Positions 41,298 to 50,544 of a DNA stretch of 64,000 nt are shown piece by piece. Every line of letters starts with the position of its first letter. Position 1 is the first letter of the stretch. The stretch covers positions 1 through 64,000 of the forward strand of contig CAWJMB010000002.1 in the NCBI GenBank assembly GCA_963843845.1, given 5' to 3'. The DNA is from an uncultured Gemmatimonadaceae bacterium. Lineage in GTDB: Bacteria; Gemmatimonadota; Gemmatimonadetes; Gemmatimonadales; Gemmatimonadaceae. The notes beneath the pieces were generated by a model that saw only the letters and a list, made by a program, of their open reading frames with translations, did no database searches and had not been told where the DNA came from. A program made the position numbers and the translations under genes.

Positions 41298-41537
41298 ATG
41301 CGCCCCTTCGACGAATCAGCTCCCGCGCGCCCGATCGTCGACTTCGCTCGGGACGACGCCGGCGACTGGGTCGCGCTGCTCGCCTGCGGGCACCGTCAGC
41401 ACGTCCGGCACGCGCCCCCGCTCCAGAGCCGCCCGTGGGTGCTGAGCGCCGCCGGCCGCGCGTCGCGTCTCGGCGCCGAGCTCCAGTGCATGCGCTGTCT
41501 CGCCGAACGCCCGCTCACCGCGCCGCGCGAGCAGTAA
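41298..41537 (+). CDS. DUF3565 family small protein
   Basis: DDAGDWVALLACGHRQHVRHAPP...RPWV...LQCMRC pattern. Confidence 0.75.
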   Translation: MRPFDESAPARPIVDFARDDAGDWVALLACGHRQHVRHAPPLQSRPWVLSAAGRASRLGAELQCMRCLAERPLTAPREQ

Positions 41538-41963
41538 CGAGCCGGCCGCCGAGGCGGCGCACAGCAGAATGAGCGGGAGCGCGATGACGGCCGTGATGTC
41601 CCACACACCGAACTCGTCTCGGCCGAGCGTCGCGAGCCCGACCCCGACCATCGTCGCCGGCACGAGGCTCAGGAGCAGCCCGCCGAACGCGCCCCACGCT
41701 GTGAACGCGGCGAGCGACAGCTCGTCGAACCGGCGCCGGCGCCCGATGACGCCGAGCACGAACGAGAAGAGCGCGCCGCCGACGAAGCCCGGGACGGCGA
41801 GCGCGGGGAGCGGGGCGTCGAAGAACCCGAAGAACGCGTCCCACGGCAGCCACGGAGTGAACACGCTCGTCACCCCGATCAGGAGGCCGAACAGCGCCCA
41901 CCCGACCGCCCACGTCACGCCCATCCCGACGGCGCCGCGCGCGCGCCTCAGCCATCTCGCCAC
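41316..41963 (-). CDS. Hypothetical membrane protein (3' end overlaps the DUF3565 gene; true end uncertain)
   Basis: GGAGG RBS then GTG; WLRRARGAVGMGVTWA, four TM segments, RRRFDELS. Confidence 0.65.
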   Translation of the reverse strand: MARWLRRARGAVGMGVTWAVGWALFGLLIGVTSVFTPWLPWDAFFGFFDAPLPALAVPGFVGGALFSFVLGVIGRRRRFDELSLAAFTAWGAFGGLLLSLVPATMVGVGLATLGRDEFGVWDITAVIALPLILLCAASAAGSLLLARRGERAFGETAHALELGAETRRAAGGAQHPRAALERGRVPDVLTVPAGEQRDPVAGVVPSEVDDRARGS

Positions 41964-42112
41964 TGCCAGCCTCCGCTGAACTTTACACCGTAAAGTAGAG
42001 GCGGCGGACGGGTGCGACAACCGCGACATTGACGACCGTCGCGCTGGCCGGCTCCTCTCGCGGGCACGCGACGCTGGTGCGACGTTCCCCGCAGCGAGCC
42101 TCCGGAGCCCTC

Positions 42113-43888
42113 ATGCGCGAGCGCGACACGACTGCCCCCCGCTTCAGCCGCGGCCACTTCCTCGGCCTCACCGCCGCCGGCGTCGCGGGGCTGCTCGCCC
42201 CGCCGTGGCTCGGCGGCCCGCGGCGACTGGACGCCGAGCAGCCGGGGCAACTCGCGCAGCCGCCGCGATCGGCGCGCGACGCCGCGCCCGACCTCGTCGT
42301 CGTCAACGCGAACGTCGTCACGGTCGATCCGGCGATGCCGCGCGCCGAGGCGTTCGCGGTGAGCGGCGGTCGGTTCGTCGCGGTCGGACGCAGCGCCGAC
42401 ATGCGGTCGCTCGCGGGGCGCCGCACGCAGATCTACGACGCGCGCCGCATGACGGTCGTTCCCGGCTTCATCGACTGCCACAACCACGCGGGCGGCACGA
42501 CGCTGCTCTACGAGGTGCTCGTCGGCAACCCGTTCGACGTCGAGTTCGTCACGATCGCGAGCATCGTCGAGAAGCTGCGCGCACGGGCGCGCGAGACGCC
42601 GGCGGGGACGTGGGTCGCCGGATATTTTCATGATGACACGAAGCTGACAGACAGACGGCTCCTGACGCGTCACGACCTCGACCTGGTGTCGACCGAGCAT
42701 CCGGTCGTCGTGCAGCACCGCGGCGGGCACACGTCGTTCTACAACTCGAAGGCGCTCGAGCTCGCGGGCGTCACGCGCGACACGCCGAACCCGGCCGGCG
42801 GCACGTTCGACCGCGACGCCACCGGCGACCTCACCGGGCGCGCGACCGACCTCGCGCGGAGCGCGTTCGCTCGCGTCGGCCGCCGCGCGACGTACACGCC
42901 CGAGCAGCAGGCGGAGCGCGAGCGCAACGGCGTCGCGCACATCTCGAAGCAGTTCGCGCGCTACGGCCTCACGAGCGTGCACCACCAGGGGGGCGACCTC
43001 GCCGCGCTGCAGGCGGTCCGCGCGCGCGGCGACCTGCTGCACCGCGTGAGCTACGAGATGAGCGGGCGCGTGCTCGAGTCGATGCTCGCGGCGGGCCTCG
43101 CGACCGGCTTCGGCGACGAGTGGATCCGACTCGGCGCGACCTCCGAGCACACGGTCGACGGGTCGTTCTCCGAGCGCACGATGGCGCTGAGCCGCCCGTA
43201 CCCGAACGTCACGCCGTCGTACTCGGGGAACGTCACCGAGTCGCAGGAGGAGCTGAACGCGTGGGTCGAGCGCGTGCACCGCGCCGGCATCCAGGTGAAC
43301 TGCCACGCGAACGGCGACGTCGCGATCGACATGTTCCTCACCGCCGCCGAGCGCGCGCAACAGGTGGCCCCTCGGCCGGATGCACGGCCGAAGATCACGC
43401 ACTGCACGCTCGTCACCGACGCCCTCGTGCGCCGCATGCGCGCGTTAGGCGCCGTCCCCGCGCTGTTCACGACGTACGCCTACTACAACACCGACAAGTT
43501 CGTGTTCTACGGCGAAGAGGTGATGACGCGCGCGATGGCGTTCCGCACGCTGCTCGACGCAGGGATCCGCGCCGCCGCCGGCTCCGACTTCTCGCCGGGC
43601 CCGTTCGCGCCGCTCATGGGCATCCAGGGGATGGTGACGCGCACCGGCTGGGACGGCGCGACGTGGGGCGCGAACCAGCGCATCACCGTCGCCGAGGCGC
43701 TCGAGGTGAACACGCTGAACGGCGCCTACGCGTCGCGCGAGGAGTCGCTCAAGGGCTCGATCACCGCCGGCAAGCTCGCCGACTTCGTCGTGCTCGCCGA
43801 GGATCTCCACGCGGTGACGCCGGACCGCATCAAGGACATCGCCGTCGTCCGCACCGTCGTCGGCGGTGCGACGGTCTACCAGGCGTGA
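42113..43888 (+). CDS. Amidohydrolase family 3 (YtcJ-like), Tat-like signal
   Basis: PGFIDCHNH, NSKALELAG, HANGD, AGSD and GSITAGKLADFVVL motifs. Confidence 0.9.
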   Translation: MRERDTTAPRFSRGHFLGLTAAGVAGLLAPPWLGGPRRLDAEQPGQLAQPPRSARDAAPDLVVVNANVVTVDPAMPRAEAFAVSGGRFVAVGRSADMRSLAGRRTQIYDARRMTVVPGFIDCHNHAGGTTLLYEVLVGNPFDVEFVTIASIVEKLRARARETPAGTWVAGYFHDDTKLTDRRLLTRHDLDLVSTEHPVVVQHRGGHTSFYNSKALELAGVTRDTPNPAGGTFDRDATGDLTGRATDLARSAFARVGRRATYTPEQQAERERNGVAHISKQFARYGLTSVHHQGGDLAALQAVRARGDLLHRVSYEMSGRVLESMLAAGLATGFGDEWIRLGATSEHTVDGSFSERTMALSRPYPNVTPSYSGNVTESQEELNAWVERVHRAGIQVNCHANGDVAIDMFLTAAERAQQVAPRPDARPKITHCTLVTDALVRRMRALGAVPALFTTYAYYNTDKFVFYGEEVMTRAMAFRTLLDAGIRAAAGSDFSPGPFAPLMGIQGMVTRTGWDGATWGANQRITVAEALEVNTLNGAYASREESLKGSITAGKLADFVVLAEDLHAVTPDRIKDIAVVRTVVGGATVYQA

Positions 43889-43947
43889 GCGTCGTTCGCG
43901 CGCGGCGCGCCGCCCCGCCGCCCGCGCGCAGCCGGTCGGGGGGGACG

Positions 43948-44133
43948 TCAGGCCGCGGCCTGGTCATCGGCCGCCTCTGCGTCCGCTCCGAAGAGCTCGC
44001 GCAGGAGGTTGCGGAACCCCACTGTGCGCACGTCGGCCGCCGGCCGGGTGCGGCGCGCCTCCACGATCGCGGCGTCGGCGCCGCGGAAGAACGCGGCGTA
44101 GCGCTGGTCCGTCCAGATCGGTGTCCTCATCAT
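43948..44133 (-). CDS. Small hypothetical protein (about 61 aa)
   Basis: MMRTPIWTDQRYAAFFRG... with GC-rich third codon positions. Confidence 0.45.
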   Translation of the reverse strand: MMRTPIWTDQRYAAFFRGADAAIVEARRTRPAADVRTVGFRNLLRELFGADAEAADDQAAA

Positions 44134-44355
44134 CCACCACGCGGTTGAGTTCGTTCGGGGCCGTAACACGCTCGTGGGCACACGCCACGACAAGCGCAAA
44201 CCACGCGCCCACACCGATACACGTTCGTGGCTATCCGGCGGGCTCGACAGGACGTACGTCACATCGCCGATCCCTTCGCGGGCCGCACGGCCCAGGCTGC
44301 CGGGCACTTCGCGTCGTCGCGGCGCGTTGAGCGCGCGACTGCTTCCAGGACACAC

Positions 44356-44805
44356 GTGCCGCACCTGACCCGTACGCTCGAGCTTCCCCTCCCCCGCGCC
44401 GTCGTCGCCGAGTTCTTCAGCGACGCGACGAACCTCGGCACGATCACGCCGCCCGAGCTGCACTTCCACATCCACACGCCGCAGCCGATCACGATGGCCG
44501 CGGGGACACTCATCGACTACACGATCCGGCTCTACGGCCTCCCGATGCGCTGGCGCACGCGCATCACCGAGTGGGACCCGCCGCACGGATTCGTCGACGA
44601 GCAGGTGCGCGGCCCGTACGCACGGTGGGTGCACACGCACCGCTTCCGCGACGTCCCCGGCGGCACCGTGATCGACGACGACGTCGACTACGCGCTCCCG
44701 CTCGCGCCGCTCGGCAACCTGGCGCTTCCGCTCGTCCGCCGGCAGATCGACCGCATCTTCGACTATCGTCAGCGGCGGGTCCAGGAGTTACTGCTCGGGC
44801 GGTAG
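44356..44805 (+). CDS. SRPBCC family protein
   Basis: [35 protein letters not shown] and IFDYR motifs. Confidence 0.88.
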   Translation: MPHLTRTLELPLPRAVVAEFFSDATNLGTITPPELHFHIHTPQPITMAAGTLIDYTIRLYGLPMRWRTRITEWDPPHGFVDEQVRGPYARWVHTHRFRDVPGGTVIDDDVDYALPLAPLGNLALPLVRRQIDRIFDYRQRRVQELLLGR

Positions 44806-44812
44806 GGGAACG

Positions 44813-45565
44813 ATGACACGACCGGCGTCCGCATGTCCCGACTCATCGTCATCACCGGCGCGGGCGCGGCATCGGTGCCGCGGCGCGGCGATCGTGACCC
44901 TCGCGGGGTGCATCGCGCTCGCCGGCTGCGAGCGGCAGGGCGAGCTCGCGGTGCCGCAGCCGGGCGCGCCTGCGACCGGGAACGGCGCGACGACCGCGAC
45001 GACCGCGACGACCGCGACGGCCGCGACGGCCGCGACGGCCGACGCGCCGTCCGCCGCGCTCCGCTCCGCGACCGCAGGCGAGCGGCGCGCCGCGGAGGCG
45101 GTCCTCGCCGCGTATCTCGACGCCTCGCGCGACGGGTCGCCGGACGCACGCGCGGCTCCGGCCGCCCCGGGCGCACCCGCCGCGCGCGACACGCTCCTCG
45201 GCTGCGACGCGCACGACACGTTCGTGCTGCCGATCACGCTGTTGGGCAGCTACCGCGTGCTCCCGGCGAGCGGGGCCGGCGACACGCTGCTCGGCCGTGC
45301 GGTCGTGGTGACGGTGGCCGAACAGCGGGCGGACCGGCGCAACCCCTCGCGCTTTCTCGCACGCCAGCGGGTCGAGACCGACACGCTCGAGTGGGATCTC
45401 GTGCGACGCGAGGACGGCGCGGGGTGGGTGGTGTGCAACGGGATGCAGTTCGGCTTTCACGAGCCGGAGGAGGCGACGACGTGGTTCCCGCTGGGCGCGT
45501 CTCGCTCGACGGCGCGGCGGCTCGCCGATTCGCTGCATGCGCGCGGAGCGAGCGCACGGCGTTGA
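44813..45565 (+). CDS. Hypothetical lipoprotein
   Basis: Lipobox LAGC, Thr/Ala repeat linker encoded by 9-bp repeats near 44990-45040. Confidence 0.6.
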   Translation: MTRPASACPDSSSSPARARHRCRGAAIVTLAGCIALAGCERQGELAVPQPGAPATGNGATTATTATTATAATAATADAPSAALRSATAGERRAAEAVLAAYLDASRDGSPDARAAPAAPGAPAARDTLLGCDAHDTFVLPITLLGSYRVLPASGAGDTLLGRAVVVTVAEQRADRRNPSRFLARQRVETDTLEWDLVRREDGAGWVVCNGMQFGFHEPEEATTWFPLGASRSTARRLADSLHARGASARR

Positions 45566-45575
45566 CGGCAGCGGT

Positions 45576-46358
45576 TCACAGGTACTTGAAGAACCGCTCG
45601 GGCGCCGCCAGGAATTCCCTCGTGAGCGTCACGTGCGGCAGCTCGTCGTACGCCACCTCGCGCACCGACCCCTCGTCGAACGAGTAGATCCGCGCTCCCG
45701 GATAGCCGAGCAGGATCGGCGAGTGCGTGGCGATGACGCACTGCCCGCCGCGGCGGACGGCGTCGTCGATCAGCGTCAGCAGCGCGAGCTGCCGTTGCGG
45801 CGAGAGCGGGGCCTCGGGCTCGTCGAGCAGATAGAGCCCGTCCTCCATGCGCGCGAGGAAGGTGTCGAGAAAGCTCTCGCCGTGCGAGCGCGCGTCATGG
45901 CGGCGCATCCAGCGCGCCGACGCCGCCTCCTCTCCGTGGAGGCCGGGGCGGTCGAAGCCGATCGCCTCGGCCTCCTCGCGCGTCAGCTCCGCGTCGTTCC
46001 GCGCCCTCCGCTTCAGGTAGCCGAAGAAGTCCTCGGCGCGCAGGTAGAATCCTTCGTGCGTGCGGCGCGACCAGGTGAGCGCGAGCGCGCGCGTGAGCTG
46101 TCGCGGGCCCTCGAGCGACGCGTCGTTCCACGCCTCGTCGCCGCCGAGCGCGAACAGCCCGGTGGAGATCGCGATCGCCTCGAGCAGCGTCGACTTCCCC
46201 GAGCCGTTCTCGCCGACGAAGAACACGACGCGCGCCCCGAGGTCGAGCGACTCGAGCGTGCGGATCGCGGGGACACTGAACGGATACGACGGCGGCAGGT
46301 GCGCGCCGCCGAACCCGGGCTTCCATCCGACGCGCAGGAGGTACGGAACGTACGACAT
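45576..46358 (-). CDS. Predicted ABC-like ATPase (COG3910-like)
   Basis: GENGSGKST, SHGESF, LLDEPE.PLSP.RQ and IATHSPIL motifs. Confidence 0.88.
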   Translation of the reverse strand: MSYVPYLLRVGWKPGFGGAHLPPSYPFSVPAIRTLESLDLGARVVFFVGENGSGKSTLLEAIAISTGLFALGGDEAWNDASLEGPRQLTRALALTWSRRTHEGFYLRAEDFFGYLKRRARNDAELTREEAEAIGFDRPGLHGEEAASARWMRRHDARSHGESFLDTFLARMEDGLYLLDEPEAPLSPQRQLALLTLIDDAVRRGGQCVIATHSPILLGYPGARIYSFDEGSVREVAYDELPHVTLTREFLAAPERFFKYL

Positions 46359-46476
46359 GCCGGAATCTACGCCGCCTAACGGCGAGCTCACGAGTGACTA
46401 ACGTTGCGTATTCGGAACAATTGCATACCTTTTCCGTCGAGGAAGCGACGCAGCGCCCCACACCCGGAGACCAACC

Positions 46477-46875
46477 ATGCCCACGTCCGAACGCTACGCC
46501 CGCTACCGCGCCGACCAGACGACGGTCTGGGTCAGCCGAACGGCCGCCGATTTCCTGAAGCGCGAGCGCAGCTCGCCAGGTGAAGGGACGGCAGGAGTGC
46601 TCGACCGCATGATCAACGAGTACAAGAAGATGCGCCGCGCGAGCGGCGGTTCGGCGCCGGCCGGCGCGACGAAGAGCGCGGCGAAGACCCCGGCGACGAA
46701 GAGCGCGGCGAAGGCGCCCTCGACGAAGAGCGCGGCGACGAAGAGCGCGGCGACGAAGACTGCGGCGACGAAGGCGCCGGCGACGAAGGGCGCGGGCGCC
46801 GGCACGCGCGGCTCGCGGAGCACCGCGCGCGGCGGGGCCGCGGGGAGCACCCGCGCCGCGAAGGGCGCACGCTGA
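46477..46875 (+). CDS. Small basic protein: RHH-like head plus histone-H1-like Lys/Ala tail
   Basis: TTVWVSRTAADFLKR...GVLDRMINEY followed by TKSAA/TKAPA repeats; GGAGA RBS. Confidence 0.75.
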   Translation: MPTSERYARYRADQTTVWVSRTAADFLKRERSSPGEGTAGVLDRMINEYKKMRRASGGSAPAGATKSAAKTPATKSAAKAPSTKSAATKSAATKTAATKAPATKGAGAGTRGSRSTARGGAAGSTRAAKGAR

Positions 46876-46890
46876 GTCGTTGAGCGTCTG

Positions 46891-48396
46891 CTGAACACTC
46901 CCCCGAGCGCCGCGGCGAGCGACCTTCGCGCCGCAGCGCTTCGTGCGCTCGCCGCACGCGGCTTCCCGACCGCGCCGAGCGACGCGGCGGCGCGCGAGCT
47001 GGCGGCCGTCGAGCGCGGCGCGGCAGTCGCCGACGCCTCGGACGGCGCGCCTAACGACGACGACGTGCGCGACCTGCGCGCGCTGCTCTGGTCGTCGATC
47101 GACAACGTCGAGTCGCGCGACCTCGACCAGCTCGAGTGGGCGGAACGCGTCGACGACGACGCGATCCGCCTCCGCATCGCGATCGCCGACGTCGACGCGA
47201 TCGTTCCCGGCGCGTCGGCGCTCGACGCCGACGCGGCCCGGCGCGCGACGTCCGTCTACGCCGGGCCGTTCGTCTTTCCGATGCTCCCGGACGCGATCTC
47301 CGCCGGCGCGACGTCGCTGCTCCCCGACGCCGACCGGCTCGCCGTCGTCGTCGAGCTGCTCGTCACGGCCGACGGCGTCGTGGCGCGCCACGACGCGTTC
47401 CGCGCCCGCGTGCGGAACCGCGCGAAGCTCGCGTACGAGCGTGTCGGCGCGTGGCTCGAGGGTGGCGCCCTCCCGGAAGAGATCGCGCAGGTCGACGGCC
47501 TGCGAGCGCAGCTCGAGATCCAGGCCGAGGCGGCTCGCCGGCTGAAGGCGGAGCGGCAGCGGGCGGGCGCGCTCGAGTTCGAGACGATCGAGGCGCGCGC
47601 CGTCACGCGCGACGGCGCCGTCGTCGACCTCGCGATCGTGCACAAGAGCCGCGCGCGCGAACTGATCGAGGACTTCATGATCGCCGCGAACATCGCGATC
47701 GCGCGCATCCTCGAGGCGCGCGGCTCGTCCGGCATCCGCCGCGTCGTGCGCGAGCCGGAGCGGTGGCACCGCATCGTCGCCATCGCGCACGAGTACGGCG
47801 ACGCGCTCCCCGACGCGCCGGACTCGCGCTCGCTCGCCGCCTTCCTCGCGCGCCGCCGCGCGGCCGACCCCGACGGCTTTCCCGATCTTTCCACTTCGAT
47901 CGTGAAGCTGCTGGGCCCCGGCGAGTACGCGCTCATGCGGCCGGCGGGCACCCGACCCGGCCACGATCCCGGCGGCCACTTCGGGCTGGCGGCACAGGAT
48001 TACACCCACGCCACCGCGCCCAACCGCCGCTACGCCGACCTCGTGACGCAGCGGCTCGTGAAGGCGTCGCTCGCCGGCGCGCCGGCGCCCTACGACGACG
48101 ACGCCCTCGCGCGCATCGCCGCACACTGCACCGAGCGCGAGGACGCCGCGCGCGCCGTCGAGCGCGTCGTGCGGAAGACGGCCGCCGCGGCGCTGCTCGC
48201 GCCGCGGATCGGCGAGACGTTCGACGCCGTCGTCACCGGCGCCGCGGCGAAGGGAACGTTCGTCCGCCTGCTGCATCCGCCGGCGGAGGGACGTGTCGTC
48301 GAGGGCGCGGCGGGGATGGACGTCGGCGAGCGGGTGCGCGTGCGCCTGTCGAGCGTCGACGCCGAGCGCGGGTTCATCGACTTCGCGGGTGCCTAA
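46891..48396 (+). CDS. RNB-domain ribonuclease (RNase II/R-like); start uncertain
   Basis: SIDNVESRDLDQ, IAIADV, LIEDFMIAAN, HFGL and YTHATAPNRRYADL motifs; C-terminal S1-like region; frame open upstream of 47065. Confidence 0.9.
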   Translation: MNTPPSAAASDLRAAALRALAARGFPTAPSDAAARELAAVERGAAVADASDGAPNDDDVRDLRALLWSSIDNVESRDLDQLEWAERVDDDAIRLRIAIADVDAIVPGASALDADAARRATSVYAGPFVFPMLPDAISAGATSLLPDADRLAVVVELLVTADGVVARHDAFRARVRNRAKLAYERVGAWLEGGALPEEIAQVDGLRAQLEIQAEAARRLKAERQRAGALEFETIEARAVTRDGAVVDLAIVHKSRARELIEDFMIAANIAIARILEARGSSGIRRVVREPERWHRIVAIAHEYGDALPDAPDSRSLAAFLARRRAADPDGFPDLSTSIVKLLGPGEYALMRPAGTRPGHDPGGHFGLAAQDYTHATAPNRRYADLVTQRLVKASLAGAPAPYDDDALARIAAHCTEREDAARAVERVVRKTAAAALLAPRIGETFDAVVTGAAAKGTFVRLLHPPAEGRVVEGAAGMDVGERVRVRLSSVDAERGFIDFAGA

Positions 48397-48531
48397 CGGC
48401 GTGGTGCCGTGAGCGCCGGGCACCTCTCGACCCTCGGCTGAACGTCCACCCCGCCGAGAGATCACAGTCTCGAGCCGGGACGCTCCGAGCTAGTCTCGGA
48501 TCGAACGGGCGCGTGATGATCGAACTGTGCC

Positions 48532-49350
48532 CTACAGCGAGAGCCGCTCCCGCCACCGCGTCGCCGTCGCATCGTCGACGGTCGGCGGGCGGAGGTCGAG
48601 TCGCTCCAGCGCACGCACGAGCGTGTCGGCCACCAGGTAGTCGCGCGCCCGTTTGTCGTCGGCCGGCACGACGTACCACGGCGCCCACGCCGTGCTGCAC
48701 CGCGCGAGTGCGTCCTGATACGCCGCCGTGTAGCCGTCCCAGAGCGCGCGGTCGTCGAGGTCGCTCTCGCGGAATTTCCACTGCTTCTCCGGGTCGTCGA
48801 CGCGCGCGAGGAAGCGGCGCCGCTGCTCGGCCTGCGAGACGTGCACGTGGAGCTTCACGATCGTCGTCGCCGCATCGCTCAACAGCTGCTCGAAGGCGTT
48901 GATCTGCGCGTAGCGCCGCTCCCACGCGTCGCGCGGCACGAGGGCGCGGACGCGGGCGATCAGCACGTCTTCGTAATGCGAGCGGTTGAACACGGCGACC
49001 GTGCCGCGCGCCGGCGCCGCGGCGTGTGCGCGCCACAGAAAGTCGTGCCGCGCCTCGAGCGGCGTCGGCGTCTCGAAGCGCGCGACCGTGAGCGCTTGCG
49101 GGTCGAGCGCGGCGCAGACGCGTCGGATCGCGCCGTCCTTCCCCGACGCGTCGCGCCCCTGCACGACGACGAGCAGTGCGCGGCGTCCGTCGGCGCGCAG
49201 CAGCGCGTGCAGCGCGCCGAGGCGGTCGAGGCGCGCGTCGGTCGCCGCGTCGAGCGCGGCGCCGGTCGGCACCCACGCCGGCCGCGCCGAGTCGTCGTCG
49301 GCGAGCGCCGGACGCACGCCGAGCGCGATCGGGCGGAGGTGCTTGGTCAT
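48532..49350 (-). CDS. ppk2: Polyphosphate kinase 2 family
   Basis: QGRDASGKDG, HDFLWR, FNRSHYEDVL, KQWKF...D and PWYVVPAD.K motifs. Confidence 0.92.
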   Translation of the reverse strand: MTKHLRPIALGVRPALADDDSARPAWVPTGAALDAATDARLDRLGALHALLRADGRRALLVVVQGRDASGKDGAIRRVCAALDPQALTVARFETPTPLEARHDFLWRAHAAAPARGTVAVFNRSHYEDVLIARVRALVPRDAWERRYAQINAFEQLLSDAATTIVKLHVHVSQAEQRRRFLARVDDPEKQWKFRESDLDDRALWDGYTAAYQDALARCSTAWAPWYVVPADDKRARDYLVADTLVRALERLDLRPPTVDDATATRWRERLSL

Positions 49351-49404
49351 GAGCGCAGGAGAGGTTTCCTTACCGCGAGGACGTCCGACACGCTGCCTCA
49401 CACG

Positions 49405-49866
49405 ATGCCGCCGACCCCGCACTTCACCTACGTGCTCGCGCTGCTGTTCACCGAGGACCGGCGGCGCGTCGTGCTCATGCACAAGACACGCCCCGCGTGG
49501 CAGGCCGGCCGCGTCAACGCGTTGGGCGGCAAGCTGCTCGCCGGCGAGAGTGCCGCCGACGCCGCCCGGCGCGAGGTGCGCGAGGAGGCGGGGGTCGACG
49601 TCGCCGAGTGGGAGGAGTTCCTCGTCTGGGACGACCCGGTCTACCGGCTCCACGCCGTGCGCGCGTTCGACGACGCCGCCTGGCGCGCGCGGACGGCCGA
49701 GGACCAGCTGGTGTTTCTCGCCGACGCCGACGCGCTCCCCGGGAACGTGATCGACAACCTGCGGTGGCTCGTGCCGCTCGCGCTCGACCGCGACGTGGGA
49801 GGGCCGGTGCACGTGCGCAGTGCGGCGGCGGCGGGATCGGGGCTCACCGAGCCGCCTCCCGCCTGA
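49405..49866 (+). CDS. NUDIX hydrolase
   Basis: GGKLLAGESAADAARREVREEAG Nudix box. Confidence 0.88.
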   Translation: MPPTPHFTYVLALLFTEDRRRVVLMHKTRPAWQAGRVNALGGKLLAGESAADAARREVREEAGVDVAEWEEFLVWDDPVYRLHAVRAFDDAAWRARTAEDQLVFLADADALPGNVIDNLRWLVPLALDRDVGGPVHVRSAAAAGSGLTEPPPA

Positions 49867-49897
49867 CGCGGCTACCGCGAGATCAGTCGCCCCGCGC

Positions 49898-50215
49898 TCA
49901 CGCTCCGTCTCCGCCGTGCGGCGACTGCGCGGCGCCGTCGTAGTACGCCTCGATGCACCATCGCACGACCGCCGCCGTCAGCTCGCGCTCGGCCGCCGGG
50001 TCCACGCGCGGCGGCAGCCCCTCGCGCAGCAGCGCTTTGATGAGGACCACGACCGTCTGCGGCGGCAACTGCTCGCGGCGAAGACCGACGACGTACGCGG
50101 TCACCGACGCGCGCAGCTGTGGGCGGAGCGCGATGTCCGTCGGGTGCGGCGCGTCCGGCCGATCGCCCTGCCGACGGGCCGCGACGTCGCGCGTCTGACG
50201 AAGCATGCGGAGCAC
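49898..50215 (-). CDS. Small helical hypothetical protein (start uncertain)
   Basis: LRASVTAYV..LR....PPQ.VVV.IK...VVRWCIEAYY; coding-like codon usage. Confidence 0.6.
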   Translation of the reverse strand: MLRMLRQTRDVAARRQGDRPDAPHPTDIALRPQLRASVTAYVVGLRREQLPPQTVVVLIKALLREGLPPRVDPAAERELTAAVVRWCIEAYYDGAAQSPHGGDGA

Positions 50216-50234
50216 GTGTGCGCGCGATCCGAGC

Positions 50235-50328
50235 GGCGGGGCGGGCGGGGCGGGCGGGGCGGGCGGGGCGGGCGGGCGGGCGGGGCGGGGCGGGCGGGGC
50301 GGGCGGGGCGGGCGGGGCGGGCGGGGGG
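50235..50328 (+). repeat. Pure G/C tandem repeat (gggcggggc)n
   Basis: About 10 imperfect 9-bp units, continuous G3/G4 runs separated by single C. Confidence 0.85.
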
Positions 50329-50544
50329 CAGCGTATCGTCCGGCGGGTGCGCGTGGAAGAAGCGCATGGTGGTGGCGGGCAGGTACGTCGGCAGGGCTCG
50401 TGACGTGTGGTCCGATTCAATGAATCCGCGCCACGTCGGTCGCTCCATCAGCAGTCACCGACAGTCGACGCGGGAAGTCGCCGAGGCCATCGGGGAACTC
50501 CCCGAGGTGCGGCGTACGCCGCCGCGCGCACTGCCGCGCTCGGC

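Noticed and set aside
44990..45040. 9-bp repeats in the lipoprotein and similar PAA repeats at 59370-59420
   Set aside because: Ordinary low-complexity linker coding with no inverted partner or regulatory context.
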